Shown here: piece by piece, positions 1 through 22,600 of the stretch | Layout: every line of letters starts with the position of its first letter | How positions within the stretch are numbered: the stretch's first letter is position 1 | Assembly (NCBI GenBank): GCA_002269645.1 | Contig: NIVC01000969.1 | Span: 1 to 64,000 of the forward strand | Direction of reading: 5' to 3' | DNA: 64,000 nt | Origin: Macrostomum lignano | Lineage: Eukaryota | Position numbers and translations under genes: made by a program | Notes under the pieces: model-generated | The model's input: only the letters and a program-made list of their open reading frames with translations | Databases searched by the model: none | Told to the model about the DNA's origin: nothing

Positions 1-740
1 TTCATTAACTCTCTTTGGATAGTTATTGATACAGAATGTTTTTGATACAGATTGATACAGAATTTGATATTCTGAATAGATGAAAAATTCTCAATAAGCT
101 GTTTTCGGCCATCAATTTTACTTGCTAACAATTTCTGTACAAGTCTATTCGGGCAACTGCACGGGTTTCATAGCAATTTGGAGTTTAAAAGTTTCCGGCA
201 TTAAAGTCGCAATAGAAATTCTCTAGGCTGGGCATCTTTATAAGGTCATGTACTGAATTTACAGTCTAAATTTCTTGGAAATCGAAAGCAAAAACATACC
301 AAATTTTAGCAAGCTTTGCACCAGTGTCCGTCTTTGTTTTGTTTAATATTTAGTGTGGCATCGTATTGCACAGCATCAATGGTGCACAAGTAATAATAAT
401 TTAAACAATCATAAACCCCAATTCAAGAATCTTTTTTAATCTGCAAAGTTAAACATTTCTACGAGCTATCAGCGGTTAAAGCTTGGCTTTAATCAACAAG
501 AACCAATGCTCCTAATGAAAACGCCAACATCTAGAGTGATATGTCCAGGTCAATCCAGGCCAGGCATGTCCAGCACAATGATGCCTAAATGGCTTGATCT
601 AGATAGGTAATTCAGCTACAAGCATTCGTAGATTTCGTTCTTAAAACAAATTCAAGCTTTTTAGCCGCGAACTGCGCGATTCCAACAACGCCCTTGCTTC
701 TTTGCTGCTTTGCAAGCCTGCTGCGAAAATGCGAGTGACA

Positions 741-10040
<9,300 letters not shown>

Positions 10041-11241
10041 CCCTCAGCTGAACCCCTATCTGACCGCGTCTTTCCACACAAAATCTCTGCCCCAATTTTT
10101 ATTGCCCTCCTCGATGTACATTCTCAGTAGCACTGCTGTCTAAATGTACATCACGCTTTTTATGTCTACGAGTTCACCCCAATTGTCTCTATTTTCATAA
10201 AATTGCTTACGCATTCCTCCTCACTACTGAGCTGAAAGTAGAAAAACTAACAAACAGTTTTGCATTAAACAAAAAATGCTGCAGTGGCTAATCTACTCGT
10301 AATTCCCATAATTTGGTTTCGTACGGATTATTAATTTCGGTTGCTGGATGTTTTCTAATTATGCTGCTAAATTAAATTACTTTAATATCGAATTAGTAAA
10401 TAAAAATAAATTCTGCAATCCCAACAGAGAGTCCCCACTCATAGTTTGGAGTCGAAATGCTTTGTACTATTCTCTGGTCTATTTTATTTGGGGCTAGAAC
10501 GATTCAATGCCACACAGTATTGCTATATGCTGTAGCCACATCCGTTAGCTGATTCAATCTGCATATCGAAGCAAGCTTGTCTCAACTGGTAATATAAACA
10601 ATTCTGCAGCCAATAATACATACGCATAATAAAATTGACACTATATCTTATCATGCGCATGTATTCTAACGTCTAAATTTTGATGAGAAAATTAAACGGA
10701 CACACATGCTGATGTCTCTCTTTCGTGGCGCTATAATGGTTAATTATTATTATTTCTCAGTGTCGTTATTCAGAAAGTTTGATAAAAAATGAAATATTAT
10801 GACTATAGTTAGTAGCATATTGCTCATTGAAATTCAACAACGCTCTGTCGGTGGTCCACCAGCAGATCGACCAGGTCTCTGAGGGCAGTTTCAGAGAGAC
10901 TCCGCGGCCTGACATTCATTCAGCCAGTGCATGACATTTTGACGCACAACTTCCCTCTCAAGCCATGTTCTGTGGTCATATTTGGCACCATGAGCATCCC
11001 AGGGCACAGCATACAGATTGTACTCACCTCCCTAATCCCTAGCAGAATCCGTCGCACAATTGACTCGCAGTTTTCGCTGCTCATCCGTGAGTATCTCAGT
11101 TGCAGATCTCGGAGAATGCTAAGAATTGTATACTGTGGTCATTGCTCAGCTGCTCGGAAAGATCACTGGATGAGAGGTGAGGATCATCAGAGATCATTTC
11201 ATTCATCTTCAGGGTCAGTTCATTATTTTTTAGCCTCAATG

Positions 11242-11480
11242 GCCAGATGTGCAACCGACAGCTCAGCCGCAGCTATTGCGCGGCGCATCTGAAGGCTGCG
11301 TACGGCTGTTCAGTCTAAGGACTGGGGGGGGGGGTCACCACACACACACCCTCAATTACCCCAGCTACTCGTAATTCTGGCTTGGTGAACTGAAGCAATG
11401 CAGAGTTAATGTCTTGCTCAAGAACACAAATTATTACGCGTGGGTTGAGAATCGAACCCCCGACCTTTCAGTCTTGCGGC
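11242..11480 (-). mobile_element. CORE/MIR-type SINE copy 2
   Basis: Aligns by eye with 5452-5710 in the same orientation. Confidence 0.7.
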
Positions 11481-11858
11481 CGACCCTGTCAGATACTGTT
11501 TTGCAGACGAAATTTAATATTCTGCAACAATAGTTCTAACGCAGTAGCGCCGCAAGCTACAAAAATATTTCCAGAGTCCTTCTCGCTATTTGTTTTTTTT
11601 TTACATTTTTTTTAATTTTTCAAATTCGCCAGGTGCAGGAGGCCGCAGCGGTGAGTGGCCACATCAGAAGAATCCCCTGTCAGTGCTAGTGCTCTAATTT
11701 TCAATTTTTTAAAATTTTTACATAATTTGAATTACATTAAATTTATGCTTATAAAGTGTATAACAGTGGAGTGGACAGGCGCACACATTGCGAAGTGGGT
11801 AAATCCCATAGATTTTTTATGTACGAAGCTAAAAAACTAAAAAAAACTAGCGAAGTTA

Positions 11859-14422
11859 GGGTCTGTATAAAAGCTGGCACGGGTGTTGGTATTTCGCGGC
11901 CCGGCCCGGCCCGGGCGGCCCCTATTTAGCCAATGTAAATCTATTTTAGTAAATAAGTAAAACAAAAAATACTGACCAGAATGCCGCATTTTAGAGTCGA
12001 TTGTGAGTTTACTACGTAGTAAAATATTGATTGTTAATTTAATGAACTTCTGATGCTCTATTTTTTAAATTAAGTTGAAAACTAAAGTAACAAGACCGCC
12101 GGGCCGGGCCGGGCCGGGCCGCGAAATACCAACACCCAAGCTGGCACTTGGCATCACTGGCATCAATGTAGTTAAACAAAATTTCTATTAAATTATAATT
12201 AACTAACAACTCGATGTTTTTTAAACACAATTTATGTCGTTTTTTTCACAAATTAATGCAGTAGCTGTTAAAAAAGTTATTCATAAAACTTTAGCTTTAT
12301 TGATATCTAAAAGATTCAATATTCAACTCATGAGCCACTAAATTTTATTCTAGGTGTACACGTATTATTATGCATGCCGCTAATGATTGCACGTTTGCAT
12401 GTATATGAACGAAAATTAAAGTGTATAAATCTGTGATTTTTACATATACTATACTAAATAAATCTTAATTTTACTTAATACGGTGATTTCATTTCATCTG
12501 AAGTCATTCGATCATATACTAAATATTTGGAAGCTACATTCGTTCATGGTTCGTTCAAGTAAAAACCAAGGATAATATAAAAATAACTAAACTGAAAGTC
12601 AAGGATACAAATTTCGTGGACATAAAATAGCTGCATTGTTCAGGATTTGACTGAAAAATGTACACTCCCACAATCATGTTTTTATTTGCATATATCAGCC
12701 TTGGTATACTTTGTAGTATCCTTCTTGAAGTATTGATTTGGCAGCCATATAGCTCGTACTTAATAACTGAAAATTTAATGTGAAAACTCACACAATATTT
12801 GAACGAAAGCACTACGAAACTTACATGAAATAATTAAATTTGGTGACATAAACAATAATTGCAACCGTGAAAAAGAGGTATATAATTTAAAAAAAGAAAT
12901 CATAAGTTCCAAAATATAAAACCAAAAATACACTTAAACTGAGTAAGAAGCAACATTAACTGCTAAATTGTTATGTTGTCAAAGTCCGAGAAGAAGCGAT
13001 CTAGATGCTGAAATACACATTGATTTTTTATTTTGAGACAATACAAAAATATGTAAACAATAACCATGCAAACTCTTTCCAATGAAAAATGCAATAAAGG
13101 ATCAAGGAATAAAACTAAAAATGACAAGAAAAAAACTATTAGTAAAATCATAAACATGAGATAACATGTAATTTTTTGTGAATTATGAATAGATTTTGTT
13201 AATAGTAAAAATTATTATTAAAAAGATAGTTTTTTCTCATTACAAATTCACAAAATGAAGCTGGGTAGTTGCATTTCCATGCTGCTTTTATACTTACTGA
13301 ATTACAAGGAACTGGCAAGTATAGCCTGAGACTGCCTGTAACCAAAACCAGGTGCGTGTACATCCAGATGTTGTCGCCAGAAGGTCGCTTAAGGAAACAG
13401 AGTCGCAGTGCCCTACTAGTAGGTAACTTCGCATTGGCGTTTTGTTGCAACCCTGCAATTTTCGTTACGCCACAATTGTAATTTTTGTTAACTGTGGTTA
13501 AGTCACCATAGTAAAATTTCTATACATATTCTAAAAGGATCGAAGTGATGTTACTCTGTATTTATATAGAATTACCTTTTCATGCAATACATGTATGTGT
13601 GGCGTGTTGAAAATTATCTAGAACAATTAATTGACTTTGACATGTACTGTATATTGCTTCGAATTGAAAAGATGGCCTAATAAAAATACAATTTGATATT
13701 GTGGCCGAGTTACAGCCTACAGTCATCCAGATGGGGGCTAAGACGGATATTCTCTGAGTTAATCAACAAATCAGGGCAGATGTAACCGTCTGAGCTCAAC
13801 AGAATTAAATGTATTTATGACATGCAAAGCATATGAAAGAAATCAAAGCTGGATATATGCACTCAATGTGCCATAAAGCAGTATGTATGCATATATACAG
13901 TTAAAGATGTGTAGCATTTTTAGTAATACTACTAGTAGTAAAAAAGGAAAGTGGTTCAAGTAATTCAAGACACGCACTGTTCAGCGATAAGAAAGAACTG
14001 TATATTTTGTTTACTGAAAAATTGTAACTCATTTTATGATTATACACAAGTTTAAATTTTGTGCCACATAGGAGCAAAATAAGGCAGAGTGCAAAAAACG
14101 AAGTTCATAGAGAGGCTCGGGAAAATGATAACGATAAAAATTTATTGTCATTTTATTAGCTTGTATAAAATGCATATTATAATGAAAACCAATGCAAAAT
14201 GCCAGTGGAAATTTAAAAAATCGATGATTTAGAATTTTGCTTATTACGTTCTTGAAAAGTGCAATAAAATCTAAAATTTTAATAATAAATAAATAAATTT
14301 TTAGTTAAACTGACACTGGACTTTTATTAAATATAAATATTGGAAAAATATTTGTTTAAGTACACTGCTGCCAGTGATGCCAGTATGTATGCCAGTGTCG
14401 GTTGCCAGCTTTTATACAGACC
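11859..14422. mobile_element. Mutator-like (MULE) non-autonomous DNA transposon
   Basis: Long imperfect TIRs GGGTCTGTATAAA(A)GCTGGCA...; perfect 9-bp TSD GCGAAGTTA (11850-58 / 14423-31); AT-rich interior with no transposase ORF seen. Confidence 0.85.
11881..12137. mobile_element. MITE (Mutator-like) nested in the left TIR of the larger element
   Basis: ~40-bp TIR GGGTGTTGGTATTTCGCGGCCCGGCCCGGCCC; 10-bp TSD AAGCTGGCAC (11871-80 / 12138-47). Confidence 0.88.
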
Positions 14423-15283
14423 CGCGAAGTTAAGCAAAATAGAATTTTCCGGCCTGACTGCCCTTGATCATCACAACCAATTGCCACTGGTTCCTCTCCC
14501 AAGGGCGGCTGTGAATGGTGCATGTATCACCCACTGATTCAGGCCATAACAGGATCTGTGGCCAGTTGACACTTGCATCCAGTTTATCGTGCCATTGAGC
14601 TGGAATACAGGCTTGCAGTCCAGTCGCTAGTTGGGCGGCGCCAACCCTTGGTCCGCGCCTTCCCGCTGTGTCCCCTCAGGAGCGGCCCTGCTGCTAAGTC
14701 AAGTAAGTCAAAGTCGGTCGCCAGAGGTTTCCTTTGCAGGGCAGCCGGGTTTACCTGACGTCTGCGTCTGCAAAACTTTCTTTAGCTAAAAATATGCCAG
14801 AAAAAAGCATAAGATAAAGAAATTGGATAGATGCTTGCATTGTCAAACCTAAAAATTGTATTGAAGTTACAAACTTAAGTAATAAATTCAGGATTAATAT
14901 TTATCTAATTACTAATTTACATACGAGTACATGTAATGCATCTAGCAGCCGTATAAAATTTTAGAATAAGATTGCTGTAGTTGACCAAACGATGATATTA
15001 AAAGCGATTAAAAGGCTAAAAAAAGCTTTTAATACTCGTACTTCATAATTCGTGGTTTGCATTTACGAGCGTAAAAGACGCTCTAGCACTCTGCATAAAC
15101 AAAATTATTGATAAAAAGGTCGGTACTGCTGCAACTCCAGGCAGCTTTCTATATATCAACAAGAAGAGAAAGTTCGCAACCGAGCCAGCAGTTTTCACTC
15201 CAAAGCACAGCTGCTGCTGCTGCTGCTGTTTCAGTTGCCAAAGGAAATCAAAAACTGAAAGCTGCTCTTCTTCATCAGCTGTC

Positions 15284-16607
15284 ATGGCGCAGCTCTTGGT
15301 GCTGTGCGCTCTGTGTGCAGCTCTTTGTGCTCTTGGAGGCGGTGAGTTGTCTTGGAGGCGAGGACAGGTGTGGACCTCGTGACGAACTTCAGTGTGACTT
15401 CCGTAAAGCAGATGGATGGAGGATCTGTGGTTTGTCGCGTCTCTCAGATGGGCCTCGAGGACCTGGACAAGGCGTTCTCCCAGAACATTACTGTTTTCTG
15501 TGAGTTCTCTGTCGCGACTGCTCCAATTTTTATATCAATATAAAATCTAATAGAGGCTTGCAGTGCGTTCGTTTTCTGTTTGCAGTCCGATCGAAGGTGG
15601 ATCTGACTGGCTCAAGGATTTCAGGATCCATTGTGCTCGTCAGCGTCAATGTGACGGATGGAAACCCGACACCGCTGGTGAACTGCTCGCTGCTCTCGAG
15701 CTCTGCAACTCGACATGTGGGTTCTCAGTGTGCACAGTTGCTCCACTTCCATTTGCATTGAGTAGCTTTAATGCAGCAGAACCGGTCATTTTAGGAGGTG
15801 TCCAGGAAGGACTCGACAATGCTGAAAGTCGGACTCCATGAGATACGAGTAGAAGTCGATCTGCTTTCAAGAGACCAGCGTCAGTCAGCCAACGTCACGT
15901 GTTCTGTGAAGCAAGACTATGCGGGTTTCAAAAGCAGCAGCCTTGTCTTCTTGGCGCTCAAAGCTGACGAGAGTTTTCAAGCTAGCGACCAAGAAAGTGA
16001 GCAGTTCTGTGTAGTCCAGCTTTGCTGCATTCGTCTTTCTAAACTCTAAAAATAATCGCATCACTTTGTCTCATTTTATCTGATTAATGCAGAGCATGGG
16101 GGCCTCAGCTGGAATCAAATGTTTCAAATTCTCTGTCTGTGCGCAGTGGTTGGTGTTGCCATCGTTCTGTCCATCTCGCTGCCTGCCACAGTCTACGTCT
16201 GGAGGCGAACTGCATCGCCTCCGTTAGGAATTCAGTGGCAGCACAGAGCAGCCACAGACAGGAGACCAGCTGACGTACCTCTGGTCCCTGTGACTGCTGC
16301 TGAGCGAGATCCCAATGTAATATTGCTTTTCAGTATTGCTTGCTCATTTTGCTGTTTAATCTGTGAGTGAGGCTGACAATCTGCGGCACTTTTCAGACCG
16401 TCTACTACTATGAGGAGAACCCGGCGCTTCCGGATCGGCCTCCGAGCGTTGAGGAGACGGACTCAAATGTAAGTCTATTGTCTGCATCTTTGCCAGATGC
16501 TCCCAGTGCATGCTCACTGCAGGATTCAGTTCCGCTCATTGCAGATGGTGCACTGTTCTGAGGAGGAGCAGACGGCTCAGGGAGCTGTCGAATTCTACGT
16601 GCAGTGA
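15284..16607 (+). CDS. Copy A: internally deleted receptor (signal, one Ig-like domain, TM, tail), about 250 aa if spliced
   Basis: Exons 15284-15341 (MAQLLVLCALCAALCALGG), 15586-15716, 15795-15996, 16093-16316 (TM), 16397-16468, and 16545-16607 or 16523-16561. Phases are compatible. Closely matches the first and last exons of copies B and C. Confidence 0.7.
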
Positions 16608-19600
16608 AAGTGATTTGCAAGTTCGAGTTTCGCTACTCAGACTCTTGGAGAAACCAAAACTGCATATATGAGAGCATTGGCTGACTGAGCTTGCCTATAT
16701 AGGCTCTGTTGCGCCGTTTGAAAGTACAACTGAGTGGCACAAAGATTTGGTAGAATAAACAAAGTCTCGTTTTCGATATATTATTTTTAAACGATGCTAT
16801 CAAAAACTATGCACAATAATGGTTATTAATCTGGAATTGGAGTGGCGTTGGACACGGGGCACAAAATGGGGTGGTGGGCTCACAAGGATGTACAATCAAT
16901 AATTTAATAGTTAATTAGTTCACGCACGCATTGGCGGTTAGCGTAAAATTTTAAAACAAGCCACAGGTACAGCGACAGACCCAGCGCTGCCTCAGACTCA
17001 GTGCATGCTTTCAAGGTTCCTGTGTATAAGACTGGCAATGCTTTCCAGACACTAAGTAGCGATAGCAAAGTAGTAGCTTGTATTTTGATTTTGTCGGGAT
17101 TGAAGCTTTTCTGGCCTGACTCAATGAGACAATGCCTGACAGAGCAACTTTGGAAGGCTTGCAGAAGGATTTAAATCACTTTTATAAGCCTTGGGTTTTT
17201 TTTTGTAGCCATTGGTGTTTGATGAGTGTCATTGAAATAACCTTTTCTACAGATCTAGTGCATATATTTGACATTTTAATCCGGTTTGAAGGCTCTCTAA
17301 CTCACAGTATCAGTTTACTACTTAAAATTCTGTCTTCTTTGCATGATATTTTTGTAACAGGGTCTATGAAAGTTCAGCATGTGATCTACTGACCCATTAC
17401 TTTATTAGTCACTCAGGAGCTGCACTTCAGTGTGTATCTCTTGCAAAGTGGAACTTGTGTTTGGCATCGGAATAAACAGATGCACCACCTCATCTCCTCT
17501 GCTTTAGCCGCTCGAAAACAATGTTTTATCAAGATTACACACTTTGGCACCTACACATTGGCATTGAAGCGTGCAGTAGCGTGCAGTAGAAGTGTGCCGT
17601 CAGCCTAGTGCACTTGTCTGTGCTTAGAGTGACTGATTTTCTCTTGTTGGTTCGACGACTTGAATAGTTTATAATTCCATTTTGCAGGCTTCTCCGTTAT
17701 GCCGTAAAGACGGTCTCTGATGAGAATGTCACCGAAGGTGTACTCGACCCGGAGGGTTGTGGTTCGGGCTCCCAGTTGCCCATGGCCGACCCTGCCTGAA
17801 GGGTAGTTTAGGCCAGAGGATGACGGTCTCTGAGGAGGCCGACCTGGTCCACTAAAAGCGGGTTGGCGGAGCCATACCAATTGCAAGAAATAAAGAGCTT
17901 CACAGTTAGGATCACCCAGAATCTCTCGCCCCTGATGGCGCCCAATCTTTGCCTCTTATGGCTATGGCTCACCCCTGCCTATCCAAAATTACTGCTCTCT
18001 TTGTGATGCAGCCCAAGCTTTGTGCTACGCAAAGGGGGATTCCAGTTTTTAGGTGGCCCGGGTCCAGTACCCATGGGGAACGGGGAACTCAACCAACTAT
18101 TCAAAAGACAGAGCCAAATCCGTGCTTAGGCAACCCCGTTTAACAACAACAGCGGGGCCTGTGAAAGTTCAGCGGTTGGATCTACTGACCCGATACTTTA
18201 TTAGTGCACTTCAGCGTTTTTCTCTTGCAAAGTGGAACTTGTGTTTGGCATCGGAATAAACTTTTTACAGATGCGAGATTCTGCACCACCTCGTATCCTC
18301 TGCTTTAGCCGCTCGAAAACAATGTTTTATCAAGATTAGACTCTGCGAAACCAACGCATTGGCATTGAAGCAGTGTGCAGTCAGCATAGTGCACTTCTTT
18401 GTCCTTGGAGCAACTGATTTTTCATCTTGGTTAGACGACTTGAATAGTTTATAATTCCATTCTGCAGGCTTCTCCGTTATGCCTTCACTGATAACTTTGA
18501 TAACCCTTACCAACTAAATTTCATCTAAACCTGCATCTCTGACTTGCGTGTTCACTGGCCTTCAGCTTTTGGACCTTCAACTGCTATTTGAAGTTTAATA
18601 GAGTTCTGTCCAATTGCTGGTTGGACAAATAACCGAAGACGGAAGTTAATGACCAACACAAACCAGAGACTGAAATTACTCGTAGCAGCACGGGACAGTG
18701 AATTTGAAACAATTGGCAGATGGCTGCCCGAGGCGTCTTAAGAGAGGGGGGCTATTTTTAGAGACAGAACTGGACCTCTTCGTACACCACGCGCGCTGAG
18801 AAGCCTAAATTATCGATCGTGCAACTGTTTGCGAAAGCGTTCAACGCACACAAGCTCAACAGATTAAGCGGCCCAATTGGGGAGCCACCGCACGCAAAAT
18901 TACACAGACAGACGATACGATCATTTATCTGACAAGTTATTTCAGACGCAGAATCTCGGTATAGCAGTTCGTTCTACTGGAAGTAATAAATTCGGAGTAT
19001 ACTTGTAGATTCTGAATGACGTGCAGAGTTTAATTTGTCACAGATAAATTTTGAGTTCGAAAATGGAAATCAAAAATCATTGGCCCGCACAGTCGCTGCC
19101 ATGTTCTGCGAGCCTCATCAAGCAACAGGCTTCACCCAAGGCACCCAAGCCAGCAGACGGGAGCATCCAGCCACCAGACTTTTGCGCTGATGGCGGGATT
19201 CAATACCGAATCACAGGCGATTACTTCTGATAAAAATGATCAATGCTAAAATAATAAAGAAACTACTATTCATATTGCAATCAGCACAATGAACTATGGA
19301 ATATGTCAAACAGTATATTATGCAATTTCCAATCGCGCAGCACACTCAAATCTCATCTCGAAATTTTAAAAACTTTTCATTCACGCGATGGATTTCGATA
19401 TCGCACTCCGTAGCTCTATATAGTACTCATAGTAGCTATTTAACTTGATTTGTTGGTTTTGTCGAAAATTTATATAAATCGCACTTGTGTTCCACCAATG
19501 AAAATGAGATTAGCGGTATCAAGACGTTAATCTAAACCGAATACGTGCAGTTTTACCCGGGAGAGAAATTTCGCAACCGAGCCAGCAGTTTTCACTCCAA

Positions 19601-19674
19601 AGCACAGCTGCTGCTGCTGCTGCTGTCTCAGTTGCCAAGGAAGCACTGAAAGCTGCTCTTCTTCATCAGCTGTC

Positions 19675-22600
19675 ATGGCGCAGCTCTTGGCGCTGTGCGC
19701 TCTGTGTGCAGCTCTTTGTGCTCTTGGAGGCGGTGAGTTGTCTGTCTACCCTCAATATCAGATATATTGTAAGCCTTCATCACTCATGTGAAGCCCCTGC
19801 TCTCTTACAGCGGCGAGCTCCATCAAGTTCAACATCACAAAAACTAACATCGCGGCTTCCTGGCAGTCGTCAGAATACTTCAACAGGTGCTTCAGAGACA
19901 CGGCTGTTCTTGAGCAGTGGGATTACTTTCACACAACGGGCACCCCAGACTCTCATGGAAACCAGTGGCTGCTCATTAAGCTGTCCCGTGCAATCCGTGT
20001 GCAATCAGTCACTGTCTATGGCAGGGCAGCAGGTGAGTTGTCTTGTCCACTTCTGTCTCTTCTGCTTCACTTCTTTCTTACTTCTCTTCTCACTGCAGAG
20101 CCCAGCAGAGCACAGAACATCGAGATTCTGCTGAGTGACAGACTGCCACCGGGTCTGAATACGAGTAGCGATAGTTGCTATGGGACTCTGTCCGGTAGCT
20201 TGAGCTCGCTCACTCAGTGCGGAGTCACTAAGTATGAGCAGACTCAGACTCACAAGGTGGCCTGCAGCTACTCTGACTGCCGGAATGTGGGTTTGTCTCC
20301 ATCTACTCTGTTGTTGCCGAGTGCAAATTGGTGCAAATAGGTGCGATTAGGAGGTGCAAATAGGTGCGATTAGGAGGTGCAAAGAGGTGCGATAAGAAGG
20401 TGCAAATAGGTGAAAATAGGTGCAAATAGGTGGAAATAGAAGGTGCAAATAGGTGCAAATAGGTGCAAATAGGTGCAAATAGGTGCAAATAGGTGCAAAT
20501 AGGTGCGATTAGGAGGTGCAAATAGGTACAAATTGGTGCAAACTGGTACAAATAGGTGTAAATAGGTGCAAATAGTTGCAAATAGGTGCAAATAGGTGCA
20601 AATAGGTGCAAATAGGTGCAGGTGCAAATAGGTGCGATTAAAGGTGCAAATAGGTGCAAATAGGTGAAAAAATGCAAATAGGTGCAAATAGGAGGTGCAA
20701 ATAGGTGCAAATGGGTGCAAATAGGTGCAAATAGGTGCAAATAGGTGCAAATAGGTGCAAATAGGTGCAAATAGGTGCAAATAGGTGCAAATAGGTGCAA
20801 ATAGGTGCAAATAGGCGCAATTAGGTGCAAATAGGTGCAAAAAGGTGCGATTAGGAGGTGCAAATAGGTGCGATTAGGAGGTGCAAATAGGTGCGATTAG
20901 AAGGTGCAAATAGGTGCGATTAGGAGGTGCAAATAGCTGCAAATAGCTGCAAATAGCTGCAAATAAATGGCTAAATCACGCGAAATTTCAGGTGACTGAG
21001 TACATCTTGCTAAGGAAGAACGTTCGAAACGAATCTGATAAGTACATGAACTTTCAAGCTCTGGAAGTCGAAGAGGGTACGACTTTAGTTGATTAAAGCT
21101 TAATTATGCCTTCATGGGACATTGTTGACTCGAAACAAACTTTCTCTCTTTCAGCATCTCAGAACGCGCAGATTTATAGGTGTGAAGTGTCTGGCGGACG
21201 CCTCAGTAACTGCAGACTCAATGCTTTGCAAACTTTGAAAAGTGGCGACAGAGTTTATATGAAAGTCTGCCCACCGTGTCAGCTTCCGACAACTGATGCG
21301 GCATCTTGTCACATTGCTGCTCCAAGTGGCAATATCACACAGCTGAGAGTTGTGAGCTCACGGACGAATTTATTTCTTTTTAAATGATTTTCACAGACTA
21401 TTCGACTAAATAGTAGGAATAAGTGGAATGACCAATTATGAATGTTAACACTTTATTTTTTATACGATTGTAGCCAGTTTCTTAAAGTTCTTTCACCATT
21501 TTCAGAATGGGCACCAAGACTCCAATTTAATTGTAATTTTTACATCGACTGCGGAAAGTCAAGGAGGAAACTTCACGTGCAGCTTTAACTGCTTGAGCGA
21601 GTTGCCTCAGTCAGCAACTGAACCAATCGGTTTCTTTGGTATGCAGCTTTTGTGTGTAATTTTTACCTTGACAGGTGAATTCAAATTAAACTTATAGATT
21701 TGTAGAGCAACCTTGTACTATTCAAACTGTTGTAATCTGGGGTATTGGTATTTTGCTGGCAGCCTACTATCAGGTGCAGTACAAATGACACCCAAAAAGC
21801 AGGTTGCAGTGCAAATGACACCCTAGCAGCAGGTGCAGTACAAATGACACCCTAGCAGCAGGTGCAGTACAAATGGCAGCCTAGCAGCAGGTGCAGTACA
21901 AATGACAGCCTAGCAGCAGGTGCAGTACAAATGACAGCCCAGCAGCAGGTGCAGTACAAATGACACCCTAGCAGCAGGTGCAGTACAAATGACACCCTAA
22001 AAGCAGGTTGCAGTACAAATGACACCCTAGCAGCAGGTTGCAGTACAAATGACACCCTAGCAGCAGGTGCAGTACAAATGACACCCTAAAAGCAAGTGCA
22101 GTACAAATGACACCCTAGCAGCAGGTGCAGTACAAATGACACCCTAGCAGCAGGTGCAGTACAAATGGCTGCCTAGCAGCAGGTGCAGTACAAATGACAC
22201 CCTAGCAGCAGATGCAGTACAAATGACAGCCTAGCAGCAGGTGGGTCATTTCACGAGAGGGTCGCATCATTTTTTGAACTTTAAGCACTTGTAACTTCTG
22301 AGCCATAATAGATAAACAAAGCTGCAAAAAGCAATCTGTGTCAAACTTCTAGTTCTATATTTTTCACATAGCTGCTTATGAATTCTAAAACAACTGAACA
22401 CATAGCAGAGCGTCAACCGTCAGCATAGTTTATTCTCTGCTATGTGTTCAGCTGTTGTCCAGGTGCAGTGCGAACGGCTGAGCTCATTTTCTGTTGCAGA
22501 GGAGAAGCCCAGAAGTGTCAGCATTGAGCCCAGCAACGGGGTTCAGCTTGGATCAATGATATTTCTGGCTTCAGGCATGGAGTTCCACTTCAGCTTCATC

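Noticed and set aside
14440-14760. GC-richer segment with short ORFs
   Set aside because: No recognisable motif or splice-consistent model.
20303-20863. Long ORFs of APICTYLHLF repeats (also near 34323 and 47123)
   Set aside because: They are translations of the intronic 10-bp repeat and differ in length between copies.
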